DNA of 64,000 nt from Octopus vulgaris. Lineage: Eukaryota. A program made the position numbers and the translations under genes. The notes under the pieces are model-generated. The model was given only the letters and a program-made list of their open reading frames with translations. It did no database searches and was not told the DNA's origin. The DNA is taken from the NCBI GenBank assembly GCA_951406725.2, contig OX597835.1, positions 2,108,001-2,172,000 of the forward strand, in the 5' to 3' direction. This document shows, piece after piece, positions 26,230 through 39,111 of the stretch. Each line of letters begins with the position of its first letter. The stretch's first letter is position 1.

Positions 26230-28120
26230 CAGTAAAACGAGAGAGAAGCAGTAAGAAAAAGGTCTGCCAGTGTTCTATGGCCTGAAAATCAGAGGTATGA
26301 GGTATTCCACATTGCAAGGCAGTGTATCAGGAAAGTTCTAAGATGTTGTGGAAGAGAAGTGTGTATGGTAAGATAATGGTAGACTTACACCTAGTGATTC
26401 TGAAAAGAAAGAGGCATGGGGGGGAGATGTGGCGAATGAATGAGAGAAAAAGTCTTCCTAATGTGAAGGGTCCGGCCCTTTTTGTTGAGAGCAGTATGAC
26501 GGACAAAGCTATTAAGGATATGAAAACAGGTAAGTCACTGGTCCACCAGGAATTACTTTTAGATGCTTAAAATATCTGAAGTAGGTTATGGGCTAAACCG
26601 CCTTGGCAAGAGAGGCCACAGTTGGCCACGAGGCGGTTGGGAGGCAGTTGCCATCAACCGTGGAGAATGGCGACGTACCGTAAAAGAGGGAATACAAAAG
26701 AGTGACAGAGAGAGAGAGGAGAAATGGAAAGAAAGGAAGAGACGTAAACAAGAGACCATGGCACTACAACCAGCCAGGAACAGTCTTCGCTACATTTGCG
26801 GTACCTGCCAGAGGGAGTGTTTGTCCAGGATAGGACTACACAGCCACAGCAGGAAATGAAATATAAAAGCCGGACTAGACTACAAACAAAAAAAAAACAT
26901 GCGCAACTCCATTGTCTCCTGAGACAGAAAGGATGCCAATACAATACAATAAGAAGATATCATAGCCAAAGTGTAGCGGTGTAATAGCCACCTGTTACAA
27001 GGTGGCCTCGAGAGAAGTAATTACAGAAGTAGCAAATGAGCAGGTCACGAAAGTCTTCAAGGATTTTCATGACAGCTCAATTAATTAGGAAGAGATCTCG
27101 CCTAGATGAGATGCAGTTTTGGTTTTGTGCTGTGTATTCCTGAGTCTCTCTACTAAGGCAACTGGCCGGAGATGTATTAAGCAAAAAGTAAACCTCTGTA
27201 CGTAGCATTCATTAATCTGGAGAAAACTTTGACAGATCCTTGGTTTCGTGTCTGGAGACGACGAATGGTTAGTGATGCTGTCTGTAAGTACAGCAATGGA
27301 TTTAGTGTAGAGGTAAGAGTTCACTAGGGTTCAGTTATCAGTCCCCTCCTATTTATCATAGTGTCCCAGGCCATAACAGAATTCAGGACTGATTCCATGG
27401 GAACTCCTCTATGCTGATCATCTTGTTCTTATAGCTGAAACCGCAGTAAAATTGGCGTTGAAATTCCAGGTGGAGAAGCTAAGACTAAAGTTCTAGTGAA
27501 CAAGAATACAGGCAGGATGCTAATCCCTTCAGGTAAATGACCCCGTTCTATATATAGAAAAGATATTGGTATTCAGTACAAACTATGAATGCCTAAGAAA
27601 TGCAGAGGAATTACAGGAAGGCTAGCAGAGAAAAAAGACTTTGTGACAGATGCATAGGTGCAATAAACACTAAGAGTATACGGAAAATGTTTTTGGAATA
27701 CTCAAGAGGCTCTTGAGAGGTATTAGACAGTGAGCTGTGGAGGTCTAGTTGCCAGAGTAAGAACTGGTTGGAGATAGTTCAGAGAACCGATCTCTTGTTA
27801 ACGAAAGATTTCTCTTTCTCAGAGTGAAAGTCAGATTGTATGACGCTTGTATACAAACAGCCAAACTACATGGTTGTGAAACAAGAAAGAAATAAAACTT
27901 CAATGCTTTGCTGCATAATCGACGTCGCTGTGCAAGAGAAGACTGCGCTGGTATGGTCATGTGATGATGGTGGATGAGGACAGTTGGAAAAAGAAGTACC
28001 GGTCATTAAATGGAACTTGTGGAAGAGAGAGAGACTCAGGAAGATAAAGTAGAGAAAACCGATCTCAAGATAATCCTCACGATGACAAGGTACCGAGATG
28101 AATGGCAGCGTACTGCACTC
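26230..28120 (+). mobile_element. Degenerate RTE-clade LINE reverse transcriptase remnant
   Basis: Fragments GVH*GSVISPLLFIIV, WELLYADHLVL (decayed YADD) and RLRWYGHVM; many stops. Confidence 0.8.
26597..26945 (+). mobile_element. 3' end of a second RTE (BovB-like) LINE nested in the remnant; another copy at about 18240-18515
   Basis: C-terminal C2H2 finger CGTCQRECLSRIGLHSHSR and tail ccattgtctcc.gagacagaaaggatgcc. Confidence 0.75.
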
Positions 28121-29702
28121 AACAAAGCCCATCCATTTGCAAACCTGAGTTGCTGTCAAACCTCTCTGCACAACTTACCTTCTGACATCCATCCCACCAT
28201 CACTCTTCTAATTGATTAGAACTACTCACTCAGATGCTGTACACTTCACATTGTATCCCTATTACTGTCCCTTATCACTCCCTCCTTGATCCACTTTGGT
28301 TTTTTTTCACTCCTCCCCTCCCAAACTGGCATTTACTGTGTCCACAACCCCACGTCTCAAATCGTCTTGCGAACTTACCTACCCACCCATCTCTCTCATA
28401 GTCCCTTTGTATCTTGAGGCGATGCTCTCAGAATTTCTTCTCTTCTTTCCAGTGGCACCTTGGGCAAGTGTCTTCTACTATAGCCTCGGGCCGACCAAAG
28501 CCTTGTGAGTGGATTTGGTAGACGGAAACTGAAAGAAGCCCATTGTATATATGTATATATATATGCGTGGGTGTGTCTGTGTTTGTCCCCCTAGCATTGC
28601 TTGACAACCGATGCTGGTGTGTTTATGTCCCCGTTACTTATATATATATATAAATACAAAATGAGACAAGAATACAAAACATCCAAATAGACGATACAAA
28701 AAACATGGACGGGTCATTCGAAGCCTCTAATCTTCAGTCAAGAACCGGATCTTCCTTGCAATTTCGGCTAATATCTATCTATCTATCTATATATATAAAA
28801 CTTAGGCTTCTCAAAACCAGAAAGGAGAAAGCTAATTCGAGGACTACAGATCCAATCCATCAGTGGAACTGTAAAAATCTGTAAAACTTCCCAAAAGTTT
28901 ATCATTTAAATATATGTGAGCATGTCTAGATATGCAACTATATGCATGAGAATGCATATAAGCAGGTATTTAGTATCTATCTCCTGTTTGTGGATAGCGA
29001 ATGCATATAAGAAAGCATACAAATCTACATACAAACAAAAATACCCTGTTGTTGTTGATGTTGAAGTTCCAATGAAGGAACCTTAAATGTAGGTAAGAAA
29101 CCGGTTCTTTCTCTTTTGGCAAGAAATCTTGAAATAAAACTGAACAATGACACACACACACACACATATATACATACATTTTTCTTTTCCAGCCCTTTTC
29201 AAGCCTAGCCAGACTCGTGGGCCCAGTTTCCCAGTTTCTGTGGCGTATGTGTCCCCCCCCCCCAGCTAGACGGGATGCCAGTCCATCGCAGCGTTACTTA
29301 AGAAACAGGAAGAGAGAGACGAAGAGAAAGTTGTAGCGAAGGAGTACAACAGAGGTCGCCCCCCCCTGCTGGAGCCTCGTGGAGCTTTTAGGTGTTTTCG
29401 CTCAATAAGCACACACAACGCCCGGTCTGGGAATTGAAACCGCGATCCTCCGACCGTGAATCCGCTGCCCTAACCACTAGGCCATTGCGCCACCACACAT
29501 ACATACATACGTACTTTTATACATACACGCATGTCCTGGAATAAATAAACTCATTGTTATTGAATATGTATATAAACATCAACACAAGGAGTATTGATAG
29601 AACACACAGCTGTTGTGTGTGGTGGTTTCTATGTGGTGCTCTGCTTGAGGCAGATGAATAAAGTTCAATTGTCGGGTGTCACCAAGCGTGTACTGGATAT
29701 AC

Positions 29703-30112
29703 CCGAAGGGTGTTCATTAAAGATTTCCCCTGACCCACTTCCCAAGGACTGGGATAAACGAAACTTGGCATAGTTATTAGTCCTTATTTACATGGCCACC
29801 ACAAATGGTGATACACTTCTCGCTTTACACAACTGTGAAAACCTCGTCTGTAGAAGTCAGTAGGTTGCGTCCGGGGCCAAGACTTTACCTCGGAAATAAG
29901 TTTATCATCATCCAAAAACTGTTTCTCCTTTATAAAAGACTTCATGGTTGGAAGGAGTTCATAGCTGCAGGAGTGTGCTTTCATTTGGGCAGCATGCGCA
30001 TTGTGAACTGGGGGTGTTGTCTTGGAGGAGGCGGACTCCTTTGGTCAGTATACCATGCTTCTCTGCTTTGATGTGTCCCACAAGTTCTGCAGCAGAGAAG
30101 CATAATATGCCC
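29703..30112 (-). mobile_element. Mariner transposase remnant
   Basis: LLQDNTPVHNAH...YELLP (SPDL segment deleted) ...KQFLDDDKLISEVKSW...FYRRG. Confidence 0.7.
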
Positions 30113-30114
30113 CG

Positions 30115-31100
30115 TTAATTGTGATGCCCTTTGTTTGAAAATCCTTCATCACTACTCCGTGCTGGTCCCAAAGACTTTTGTTCCTTGTCCCACAGAACAA
30201 TATCAGGTCTGTTACATTCGCTCCGAATTGATGTTTTTATTAGAATGTTCCCCCAGTATTCCCTGTTTTTAATGGTGTGAATACCTGTTGGTTCTGACAT
30301 GCCTTTCATGTATACGTCAGGACAGTATTTCCTGCAGATAACATTGGAAATATAATCTTTGTAACCATATCATGCTTCAGGAGCAGGTAGTGTCTGGTAG
30401 ACTGCTGATGAGGCAGGTGATATCTTCTACACTGGTAGACTGCAGAGACGACATTTTCACTTACAACGTGGAGATTTGGTGATGTTTTTGTCCCTCTTGT
30501 TTATCAGGTATTTAGTATCTATCTCCCCTTCGTGGATAGCGAAGGCATATTTTTCTAGGTGGGATGTAATGTATCTATCACAGGTCCAGGAGAAGCTACT
30601 CTTTCCGTCAATGCTACTGTTGCCCTCTAGCTTAAGGGATATGTACCCATGCATTGCTTTTTGTTGACATGATGTCTGCTTCTCCTCCAGACTTTTGTTT
30701 CAGTCGGCCAATCCAACCTTCTTTGAATGGCATGGAATAGCTGTATTCTCAGAGTACCTGCTCAGTGGTTCTTCTCCAACTCTGAAGATGTTGCTGTTCT
30801 CACTTTTGAGTACACATGGAATATACTCATTGCTTTCTTTACTGTTCAGCAGGTGTTGTCTGAATGATACAATGCGATATTGAAAGGCTGGTGGCACTAA
30901 CCTTTTGCCTCTACCGTTATCACTTCGTCTCCCATAAATCCTGTCCGTGCTGCTGTTAATGTGGAAGTTGGCAGTGGTCTTCAGTACTTGTTTTGTTTTG
31001 ATGTCCAGGCTGCTTATCTCATTGTCTGTCCAGTCCAATATCACAAATATTGGTACAAGCAATGGTACTGGAAAAGCACAGAGATATGGTCTTGCTAAAA
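30115..31100 (-). mobile_element. Restriction-like-endonuclease non-LTR retrotransposon remnant (R4-like)
   Basis: MHGY..., YAFAIHEGEIDTKYL and NRPDIVLWDK (RLE PD motif); frameshifted. Confidence 0.7.
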
Positions 31101-31139
31101 GCTGACAGCTCTCAGTTTCTCTATGTATGTATGTATGTG

Positions 31140-32480
31140 TGTGTGTGTCATTATTCAATCTTATTTCAAGATTTCTTGCTAATGGAGAAAGAGCCGGTTT
31201 CTAACCTATGTCCAAAGCTCCTTCATTGGAATTTCAACATCAACAACAGGGTATGTATGTATATGAGCAGATTTTCATGTTTTGTTTGATTTATGTATTC
31301 TCATGCATATAGCTACATATCTAGACATGCTCATATATACTTAAATGATAAATTTCGGGAAAGTTTTACAGATTACAGTTCCGGTGACGGATTGGATCTG
31401 TAGTCTTCGATCCAGCTTTCTCTTTTCTGGTTTTGAGATACCTACTTTCTCAAGATTGGTATTAAGGCAGAGGTAAGGCGGCGAGCTGGCAGAACCGTTA
31501 GCACACCGGGTGAAATGCGTAGCTGTATTTCGTCTGCCGTTACGTTCTGAGTTCAAATTCCGCTGAGGTCGACTTTGCCTTTCATCCTTTCGGGGTCAAT
31601 AAATTAAGTACCAGTTATGCACTGGGGTCGATGTAATTGACTTAATCTGTTTGTCCCCTCTATGTTTAGCCCCTTGTGGGTAATAAAGAAACAGGTATTT
31701 AGGCAGAGTGCTACATATCTCAGCACCTCAATAATTACAGGTATGAACCTGAACTTGCAATGTGAATAGAGTAGCCTTAGATTCCTCAATAGTTCAGCGT
31801 ATGTATTTTCTTTCTTGCTGATCATCTAAACATCCGCTGGGCAGCTGATTTCCGTCACTCTATGCAATTTCTCTTCTCAATCCCTAATTACTATGTCAGG
31901 TCTATATGTTTACATTTTACTGAGACATTCCACCAGTACTCCTTTTTATGAGTGGCTATGGCTTCTACCATATAGTAGGTTTATATTTCTTTGGCCTCGA
32001 GGTTATCCTTCCAATGGATCTCATTATATAGTGCCCTAGCTACAGCATTATGTCTCATTGGCAGATAATACCGTGATGACATTTTCGGACAAGTGCTTAT
32101 GATGTGAGTGATATCTTCAGTGTTAACAAAGTCTGCATCGTCTGCCACATTTCACTGCTTTTCCTACATTGCTGTCTCTTTTGCTCATTGGTTTATATTT
32201 ATTATTCGTGAATTGCAAACGCACACCCTTCAAAGTGGGAGGTAGTAATCCGGTTGTTGGTCCATGATAAACTGCTTTGGTGATCAATGTTACTATCATC
32301 CCGGAGCTTTCTAATAACGTATCCATGCATGGTCTTCTGCTGATGTACGCTCATCCTTTCATCCGGTGATGCATTGTGGTAGAATTGTGAGACTTCTTTA
32401 GGCATGTATTTAAGGTGATCAGACAAGGAATGCTGCTCAAAGAGCTGCTTTCCAAGTCTCATGATGTTAGCCTCATGTAT
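31140..32480 (-). mobile_element. Second R4-like retrotransposon 3' part, interrupted by a SINE
   Basis: CRLC...EDITHIISTCPKM...RHNAVA (CCHC knuckle), RPDIVI, FIPVII, then a 3' UTR. An inverted copy of the 3' end lies at about 28800-29160. Confidence 0.78.
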
Positions 32481-33034
32481 GCAAACTTGTGTGTATGTAT
32501 GTGTAAGAATTAGCACTTCCTTCTCTAAGCTTGGATTCAAAATCGAATCCAAGAATCATCGGTCGTCAAATACCAATGCACGTTTAGGCGCGAAATTAAG
32601 ATTCCTTTGTTTTGACAAAAAGTGATTGATCGTCTCCCTTTGACCTCCGACCTGAGCCATGTCAAGCGAAGTTCAAGTGGACGAACGATGACCTACTTAA
32701 ACAGTAACTTTGTTGCGATATATCTATTTTTCTGGCTGTTTGAGATTTTATAAATAGAAAGGGAAAAACGACTAGAGACACAGACAATCGGAGCTGACGC
32801 TCAAGCAGACACCCCGCGTTTTGGAGACGACTAGAGAATATGCCTACAGGTTACTGTCCTGAATGATTTACTCACACACACACGCAAACATATTCTTCTT
32901 TAATATGTATTCTGTACAAGCAATGCGTAGCATTGCTTACAAAATTTATGTAGTGTAAATAAATCTCTATTTAATCACGAAACAACTTATGTATTTATTA
33001 ATACACACATACATCCACTACATATGTTTTTATT

Positions 33035-33089
<55 letters not shown>

Positions 33090-34049
33090 ATAAATAAATA
33101 TACATCTTATTCACGCGCACTCTCTCGCACACAGACGTATCCATGTATATATATCATGAATAAGCAATTTTAAACTGCGCTGTGAAAAATAGGGTCCGTA
33201 GTTGAAAATGAAGAGACATTGCTCAAGTAGGAAATGTGATTGAAATTTCCCAGTCCCTTTGATTCATTAAAACCATCAACAGGTCTCAGCGTACTCTGCC
33301 GGGTTACTGAGAAACAACAGGGATCTTTAAGTAGAGAGAATGTAAGAGGGATCAAGTTTAATTTTAAGGTTTTCCAGCCTGGGCGATGAGCAACTGATCA
33401 AAAAATGGTGGGCGATTGGAAATTTTGGTGGGAAATATAAGGCATGCTAACCGAAAAAATAATTAAAGGAGATATGCAAAGGACCTGTATCATAAAAAAG
33501 AAAAAGGTGGTTAAATGGGAATAACTGTACCACATTCCTGAATAAGAAATAAATATCTCTGCAAAAAACGGAATATTTCAGTATAAACTACAGTTTGGAG
33601 AAGTGTCGTTAATATTCAAATGGTTCTTCGGACGAAATAACATTTTTTTCGGATGTAAATGAGATAAGGAAAGGTTAAAAACAACTTTCCAGGTAAGATT
33701 AAGAAGTGACTCTCTGGTAAACTTGCAAACGTCGCCAGTAGCGAATGATTACATAAAACTGACACCTCTTAGAATATTGTAGACGATGCCAGGTGTGGAC
33801 CTGTTCACAGCTCAATGCCAACGCTCATGTAAACAGACAGCCACTCGAACTTATTGGACTCTATTGATGGCCAAGTGATTGCAATGGTCCTGTGTTCTCG
33901 TAATTGTCGATTATTGAAAACAGGCTTCAAGCAACAATATAAGTTTTCTCCATATATTATATGAATTTTAAACACCCCAATGTCTCTAAGAGAATTTATC
34001 GTCGATACAGTATTTATTATTTATCACATTAGGATCTATCGCTTGTCTT

Positions 34050-35510
34050 CAGTGCATTGACTTACCTAAGTGTCTTCAGTGCAACCCAACTTTAAGCCAA
34101 GAAGCCTTCAAGCTTCGAGTATCATTTATATTCTAAGCATCCTGATCAGAAGGAGAAAGCTTTGTCATCTTTCTCGTATCTTAAGACCTCATTCGAAAAG
34201 CAGAAAACGTTGATCTCGGAATTTCAGAAAGCAGCTGTGCAGTAAGATAACGGGTTGATTGCATCGTACAACGTTGCGTTACTGGTCGCAAAGGCCGGTG
34301 GGTCTCACGCTGTGGGAGAAACAGTACTTCAGTCTGTTATTGAAGAAGTTCTCTTGAATGTAATACATAAAAAGCCTGACACAATTGTCAATACAATTCC
34401 ACTTCGTAATAACACAATTTCCCCAACGTACAGATTGAAATGGCCATCGACGCCAAAAACATTTGCTCATCTCCGGAGTTCTGAATTTTCCAAACAATGA
34501 TTAAAGATGGTGTATCTTTTTAGCACGCCGGGTGAAATGGTATTTCGTCTGCCGTTACGTTCTGAGTTCAAATTCCGCTGAGGTCGACTTTGCCTTTCAT
34601 CCTTTCGGGGTCGATTAGATAAGTACCAGTTACACACTGGGGTTGATGTAATCGACTTAATCCGTGTGTCTGTCCTCTCTATGTTTAGCCCCTTGTGGGT
34701 AGTAAAGAAATAGGTATTTCGTTTGTCTTTAACTTCTGAGTTCTGCTGAGATCAATTTTGCCTTTCATCCTTTCGGGCTCGATAAATTAAATACCAGTTC
34801 CGTACTGGGGTCGATATAATCAACTGGCCCCCCCCCCGCCCCAATTTCAGGCCTTGTGCCTAGAATAGAAAAGAATATTGTGCATCTGATGGAGCGCCTG
34901 CTATGGTAGGTGGGTACAGAGGTCCCTATTCTCCCTTGAACTAGCAGGATACTTTTTTTCAGAGAAGTATTCGCCAAACAAAAAACAAACAAACAAACGA
35001 AAGCAAAAAAAAACAAAGAACAAAGCAAACAAACAAAAAATAACAAAAAAAACGTCTGTCGACTGTAAATCGCCCCCCCCCCCCCTCTGCCTTTCGAAAT
35101 TAACGATTTTGTAAGATGAACTTTTGAAGAGGTCAACTTCAATTTCCACGATTGAAAGACGAATTAGTTGAAGAGGATTTCCTTACTTGTTACGATTATT
35201 TGCAAAGACTGCATGGTTCAGCGGTTTCAGGATATCCTGGCATTGCTTGTTTCCAGTTTGGTTTAACAACCAGTCTCGAAGTTCAAGACGGAGAAGACGG
35301 TGTGAGGCAAGAATTGGCAGATCGACAAAAATGGCGACGATGCCATCGAAGTATAGCGACATCTTATTCCAGTCAATTGAAGGAGTTGGTTTTGTCTGCC
35401 TTCCCAAAGTCCCGTTTCGTAGGAGTTGGCTTCAACCGCGCTAATACTTTGCTATCTAAAAACAGACATAAGCTTATTATAATGAAGCCAAGTGACTTTC
35501 GGTTGAAGAC
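34050..35510 (+). mobile_element. hAT (Charlie/Buster-like) transposase remnant interrupted by SINEs
   Basis: SYNVALLVAKAGGSHAVGETVLQ...IPLRNNTIS and a dimerisation-like segment LSAFPKSRFVGVGF...KNRHKL...DFRL. Confidence 0.65.
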
Positions 35511-35820
35511 GTGGAGTGAAGCCATTTTGGAAGTCTTCGGCGCGCTTGTGCAGAGTTGGATTTCTTCCGGTAGGCCGGAGGAAGTTCCCTCATGCGCATG
35601 CGCAGAGAACTACCAACAGCAAGATTTCCCGCTGGATCCGTCTTTTCGGATCTGCAGCCGAATTGAATGGACGCCAGTCCTCACGGTTCTCCCAAGCAAG
35701 CCAAACACGTGGAGAAGCCTTCTACGCTGGAACGAGACAGCATTTGGCTCACACAAGTTAACTAATATAACTAGTTCCATGGCCCATGGCTACCGGGTCG
35801 CCCTGAAGGAAATATATGTA

Positions 35821-36043
35821 GGTACTACTTGAAAACAGTGGTACCGGGGCGCGCACTCGCGTATCCGCGCTAGCTAGTCATGACTAGTCGATCCTACAAC
35901 GACTACCTAGCAAAGTAAATAAAACACAAAAGCAAAATAAATAACAAAAACACAAAGTAAGGATCGACTAGTTATGACTAGCTAGCGCGGATGCGGGACT
36001 ACTCCGAGTGCGCGCACCGGGACCACCGTTCTCAAGTAGTACC
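35821..36043. mobile_element. MITE with about 75-bp GC-rich terminal inverted repeats
   Basis: GGTACTACTTGA...GATCCT / AGGATC...TCAAGTAGTACC; flanks ATATATGTA and ATATATGTG (8 of 9 match). Confidence 0.75.
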
Positions 36044-37608
36044 ATATATGTGTATATATTATTGCGAATCCAGAGAAATAAATATTATTTATTGCTGTTG
36101 AAGATATTCAAAGTCTTGGTTTTCCTTCGACAAATAATTTAATGTAACGGGATGAGACCAGCATCCCTCAAGTGTTCCAGAGAGCTCCATCCTTGTTACA
36201 GATGACTACTTTTAGACTCGACGCTGCGTCGCATGAGACACAAGGGTCGCATTTATGATACATAAAAGTGATGTGTGCCCAAAATATCTGATGTTACTAC
36301 TTTTAACATTACTTTCAATAAAGAATCTTGTAATGTAAAAATTATTCACTTTTTGGCGATCTTTCGTCTCTAGTAGACCTTTCCGTCGATTTCCGTAAAA
36401 AATTTTTTTTTTTTTACATATGGGCTTGCTGGAACTTTTGAAGTAATATACATACATATACACCGAGTAAAAAATTTCAGTTATCTCTTCCTTTCACACA
36501 TTACTCTCTCTGTCTCTTCGCACACACTAACAGAAGCACTTCACTTACACAACATACTGTCTGTCTCCCACACCCCATCAAACACACACACACACATGTC
36601 CATCAATGCTCCCATGCACGGTAACTTCAAAAGAACTTCCCTCGTCATACAATCGCTTTCTCTTAGTCTCTTTCGCTCTCATTACTTCAAAAGTTCCCGC
36701 AAGCCCATATGTAAAAAAAAGAAATTTTTTTACGGAAATCGACGGAAAGGTCTACTAGAGACGAAATATTGCCCACTTTTTATTGTTTTGTAAAAGTTAA
36801 TTAAATATTGTTACTGTTTGCTTTTTCGATATTTACTAAAGATGCGGGCAGTGGAAAATTTTTCTGTGTGAAAAAGGCTGGGAACCCCTGGTCTTGATTT
36901 TTGTTACATTATCTGTAACGCTGTTTGAGAATGAGGAAAACAAAAACCCCAAAAATGAATCAAGACAAATACGTAGAGAGAACAATATCATATTTATATA
37001 TAAGTACCAAATATAACAAATTAAAGTGAAATGATTTCTCAAAAAAGAAACAGAATATAAACATTAAGATATATTATAAATGTAACACATATTTTAACTA
37101 ACTGCATTTGAAATACTGATAAGTATTACTATAGTCAAAAAGTGTTTTATTAAAAAAAACAAAAACGGACACAACCCTCTACACACATGTGCGCGCCCTC
37201 ACACAAGTGGTTAGAGCGTTGCATTCTCGATCTCTAGATGATAGGTTCGATTCCCAGACCGGGTGGTGTGTTGTGTTCTTGAGCAAAACACTTCATTTCA
37301 CGTTGCTCTTGGGTGGGGGGGGGGGATGGCAGAATCGTTGGCGCGTCGGCAGAAATACTTTACGGTATATCTTCCGGTTCTCTGCATTCTGAGTTCAAAT
37401 CTCACCTGCTTGAAAAAGGCAACGGGAAACCACTCCAGTGTTCATCTTAAGCCTGGTTATGATAGCCGAACTTCCAGTAATCTACTTAACAGCAGCAAAG
37501 GAAGCCACGGGTCTTCCCAGGTCGTATGAAGAATACTGGGTTCACATGCGCAGTACCTGCTCAAGGGCAGACCACTGCTAGACTATATATACATACATAT
37601 ATACACCC

Positions 37609-37648
<40 letters not shown>

Positions 37649-38439
37649 AACAAGGTATGTAATATATATATATATATGTATGTATATATATACACACACG
37701 CATATTTGAATGTATATATGTATATATGTGTGTGTGTGCATAAATATTCAATTTTTAAAAAGTGTATAATCTTTACATAGCGCCAATCCTGTCTTCGTGC
37801 CCTGCACTCGATGGAGATCGACCTGAATACTATAGAAATGTCGACATGGACGTATAATTTTCTTTTCCCTTTGATAGAAACCAGTGAATGACGTCGTAGG
37901 TGTCGTTATATTGGTTATTACTACGACATCGACACAAGGCCTTCATCTTTTCTTTCCGTATTCCTTCCAAAGTGTATAGACTTGTATATGTGAGCGTATG
38001 TCTGGGTGCACGTTGGTTTCGCCCGGATGTATGCGTGTGTAGGTGTATCTATCTCTGCCTTTCTCTCTTCTCTTCAAGGCCTTCTGTCTTGGTACATTCC
38101 TATTATCTCACCTTCTATCGCTCTCGTTCCTACTTCACCAACTCGCGGATCCATAATGTGCATAATCGGGTAAATAAAGGCATGCTACAAACATAATATT
38201 TTACTGTGATTTTCGCTGATAATCCCGAGGAAGCGCGCCAATCGGATTGCGTAGCAGTCAATCGGCTCGTGTAATAGCGACAGTCGTCTTGCGGAAATGC
38301 GCTTATATTACATAAAGCTTAAAAACACTAATTACATTTTTTGCATTTCTTACTAATGTATAATACGACTCGAACTCCGCATGCTAGCCTGCTCTGGGAT
38401 ATGGTGGGTTATTGTAATACTGCGTAGAGCATAGACGCG

Positions 38440-38506
<67 letters not shown>

Positions 38507-38507
38507 A

Positions 38508-39050
38508 TATGTCAGGTCACTTTCGAGTGCTACTGGTAACATGTAACCCAGTACAACCTGTTGCATAGTCGGGTCGTCGGCGACTAAACCGGCAACCCCA
38601 CCAAGCTTGCTTGGTGAGGAGGGTGTTTATTGGACACCCTGCGGGATGAAAAACAAAACCCATCAAAGGGCGGAGGAACTCTTGAGTGTCAACGGCCATC
38701 CTAGCCTTTGTTAGGGCATCCTTCTAGGAGAAGGTAACTCAAGTAACTGGGATAACTCCGATATAAAACCCGCGGCTCAGTGGTTACCGATGATGTTGAC
38801 TTGTTCTTCTTTTCGGATTATGGCTGCTGTTTCTTAGTGAGTGGGATTGACTCAGTGCACAGCCTTTCCTCACTTTAAAAAAAATCTTCTTTGCACAGGC
38901 ATTGCACAATAACAACATTGATTAAGCTTCGTGCAATGGCCATACTCGATAACGAGGGGGCAGCCACCATGTATGTATGTATGTATGTATGTATGTATGT
39001 ATGTATGTATGTATGTATGTATGTATGTATGTATGTATGTATGTATGTGT
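38508..39050 (+). mobile_element. RTE-derived non-autonomous retroposon with (TATG)n tail; second copy about 51168-51700, tail fragment about 50036-50090
   Basis: About 300 bp of near-identity between copies; gggcatccttctaggagaaggtaactc resembles RTE 5'-UTR motifs. Confidence 0.65.
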
Positions 39051-39111
39051 GCGTGCGTGTGTATGTATGTATGTGCGTGTATATATATATATATACCGTG
39101 CAGATATGAGA

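Noticed and set aside
28705-28745. CTGAAGA...CGAAT on the minus strand as a hammerhead
   Set aside because: No stem II pairing and no GAAA.
35152-35832. 226-aa ORF as a novel gene
   Set aside because: Its first half is a decayed hAT transposase C-terminus; the rest has no recognisable motif or splice support.
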